Assembly (NCBI RefSeq): GCF_009914755.1
Contig: NC_060934.1
Length of the DNA: 64,000 nucleotides
Source of the DNA: the human T2T-CHM13v2.0 reference genome, Homo sapiens
Direction: 5' to 3' (one strand)
Position 1 is the stretch's first letter. Every line of letters begins with the position of its first letter. Below, piece after piece: positions 62,111-64,000 of this stretch. The position numbers and the translations under genes were made by a program. A model generated the notes under the pieces. That model did no database searches. It was given only the letters and a program-made list of their open reading frames with translations, and was not told the origin of the DNA.

Positions 62111-62389
62111 TTAAGCTGACGGAAGATTCTGTGGTAAGGGGTGATATTGTGGGGTTGTTAGAAGGAGGATTTGTCTTATAGAATGATTGGTGATGGCCTG
62201 GATACGGTTTTGGATGAATTGAGAAACTAAACGGAAGACACAAGGTCTGAATAAGAGAAGGAAAAAAACAGGTATTAAAGGACTAAGAATTGGGAGGACC
62301 CAGGACATCCAATTAGAGAGTGCCCAAGGGGTTCAGTGTAATTACTTGCTTGGTTGGTGAGTTTTTGGGCTCTATCCTGGACAGAGTCC
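62111..62389 (-). pseudogene. HERV-H env TM C-terminal remnant
   Basis: Hydrophobic WMSWVLPILSPLIPVFFLLLFRPCVFRLVSQFIQNRIQAI, gammaretroviral membrane anchor and tail. Confidence 0.8.
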
Positions 62390-63119
62390 TCCTTTTTAAG
62401 TTGGAGGCTGAGCTTCGTGAGGTGTGTTTTTAAAAGACCATTAGTCCGTTCTACCTTTCCTAAAGATTGAGGACAGAAAGGGGTATGAAGGTTCTACTGA
62501 ATACCCAAAGCCCGAGAAACTGCTTGGGTGATTTGACTAATAAAGGGCCGGTCCGTTATTGGACTGTATAGAGGTGGGAAGGCCAAACCGAGGAATTATG
62601 TCTGACAGAAGGGAAGAAATGACCGCAGTGGCCTTCTCAGACCCTGTGGGAAAGGCCTCTACCCATCCAGTGAAAGTGTCTACCTAGACCAAGAGGTATT
62701 TTAGTTTCCTGACTCGAGACATGTGAGTAAAGTCAATTTGCCAGTCCTGGGCGGGGGCAAATCCCCGAGCTTGATGTGTAGGGAAGGGAGGGGGCCTGAA
62801 CAATCCCTGAGGAGTAGCAGAACAGCAGATGGAACACTGAGAAGTGATTTCCTTAAGGATAGATTTCCATGATGGAAAGGAAATGAGAGGTTCTAACAGG
62901 TGGGCTAGTGGCTTGTAACCAACCTAGAAGAGGTTATGAAATGATGATAGAATAGAATGGGCCCGTGAGGCTGGAAGGAGATATTCTCCTTGGTCCAAGA
63001 ACCATTTGCCTTGTGTGGGAAGAGATTGATAGGCGGAAGTTTCATTGGGAGAGTAGGTGGGAGTGATCGATGAGAAGGAGAAAAACTGGCCATAAGGGAC
63101 AGAAGTTGGAATGCTAGCT
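62390..63119 (-). pseudogene. HERV-H pol remnant (RNase H-integrase linker and integrase core), disabled
   Basis: [39 protein letters not shown]...[18 protein letters not shown]; in-frame stops and D>N in the SDNG catalytic motif. Confidence 0.9.
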
Positions 63120-63120
63120 G

Positions 63121-63137
63121 CCCGGGTTTCGGCACCA
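63121..63137 (-). other. Primer-binding site complementary to tRNA-Phe
   Basis: TGGTGCCGAAACCCGGG two nt after the 5' LTR; + strand CCCGGGTTTCGGCACCA equals the 3' end of mammalian tRNA-Phe(GAA) including CCA. Confidence 0.88.
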
Positions 63138-63139
63138 AA

Positions 63140-63574
63140 TGTCATGTGTGTCCATGTGAAGAGACCACCAAACAGGCTTTGTGTGAGCAACAAGGCTGTT
63201 TATTTCACCTGGGTGCAGGCGGGTTGAGTCAGAAAAGAGAGTCAGTGAAGAGAGATAGGGTTGGGGCCGTTTTATAGGATTTGGGTGGGTGGTGGAATAT
63301 TACAGTCAAAGGGGGTTTTTCTCTTGTGGGCAGGGGCAGGGGTCACAAGGTGCTCAGTGGGGGAGCTTCTGAGCCAGGAGGAGGAATTTCACAAGGTTAA
63401 TCACTCGGTTAAGGTGGGGCAGGAACAAATCACAATGGTGGAATGTCATCAGTTAAGGCAAGAACTGGCCATTTTGACTTCTTTTGTGATTCTTCACTTG
63501 CTTCAGGCCATCCGGATGTTTACGTGCAGGTCACAGGGGATATGATGGCTTGGCTTGGGCTCAGAGGCCTGACA
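63140..63574 (-). mobile_element. HERV-H 5' LTR (LTR7B-like), 435 bp
   Basis: TATAAA (63276-63271) and AATAAA (63204-63199) intact; ~26 substitutions versus the 3' LTR by hand count. Confidence 0.93.
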
Positions 63575-63636
63575 GTCAGCATTTTGATGCGTTTTTTTTT
63601 CTGGGTCTTCATTTTTATGTTCTTAAAAGTCCTCTT

Positions 63637-63931
<295 letters not shown>

Positions 63932-64000
63932 GAAGTCGTCTTTGTCTCATGCAATCAGAATGAAACCTTATTGGTTTGTTAGGTAAAACATCAATGTAGG

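Larger units (their letters stand above)
61515..63574 (-). mobile_element. Internally deleted HERV-H provirus (2060 bp) with two LTR7-family LTRs and 5-bp TSD GTCAG
   Basis: gtcag at 61510-61514 and 63575-63579; both LTRs start TGTCAGGCCTCTGAGC and end TGACA; PBS next to the 5' LTR; PPT aagaagacaggaa next to the 3' LTR; pol/env remnants between. Confidence 0.96.

Noticed and set aside
63121-63137. tRNA-Phe gene or pseudogene
   Set aside because: Only the 3' 17 nt including CCA, positioned as a retroviral PBS; no cloverleaf or A/B boxes.
61636-63545. Near-identical 94-aa ORFs at 61636 and 63261
   Set aside because: Antisense translations of the two LTRs, not duplicated genes.

Overview
Primate (human-like) genomic DNA matching the chr10q24.33 CALHM1-CALHM3-NEURL1 locus; no prokaryotic features. 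Minus strand: the first 19 codons of CALHM1 (gene runs off the left edge) and the complete 3-exon CALHM3 gene (344 aa, splice phases close exactly). Plus strand: the CpG-island promoter and first coding exon of NEURL1, followed by ~28 kb of intron 1. The rest is dense in Alu, MIR, L1, L2, MaLR/ERV1 LTR and DNA-transposon relics. Most notable: (1) a 2.06-kb, doubly deleted HERV-H provirus antisense in NEURL1 intron 1 with two LTR7-family LTRs, a 5-bp TSD, a tRNA-Phe rather than tRNA-His primer-binding site, a deletion starting exactly at the PBS edge, and a mutated 3'-LTR poly(A) signal, so it could feed an antisense transcript running toward CALHM3; (2) a ~180-bp non-Alu inverted duplication between CALHM3 and CALHM1; (3) four RFX X-box-like sites around NEURL1; (4) uORFs at both the CALHM1 and NEURL1 starts. 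Repeat subfamily names and repeat boundaries are by eye and approximate.
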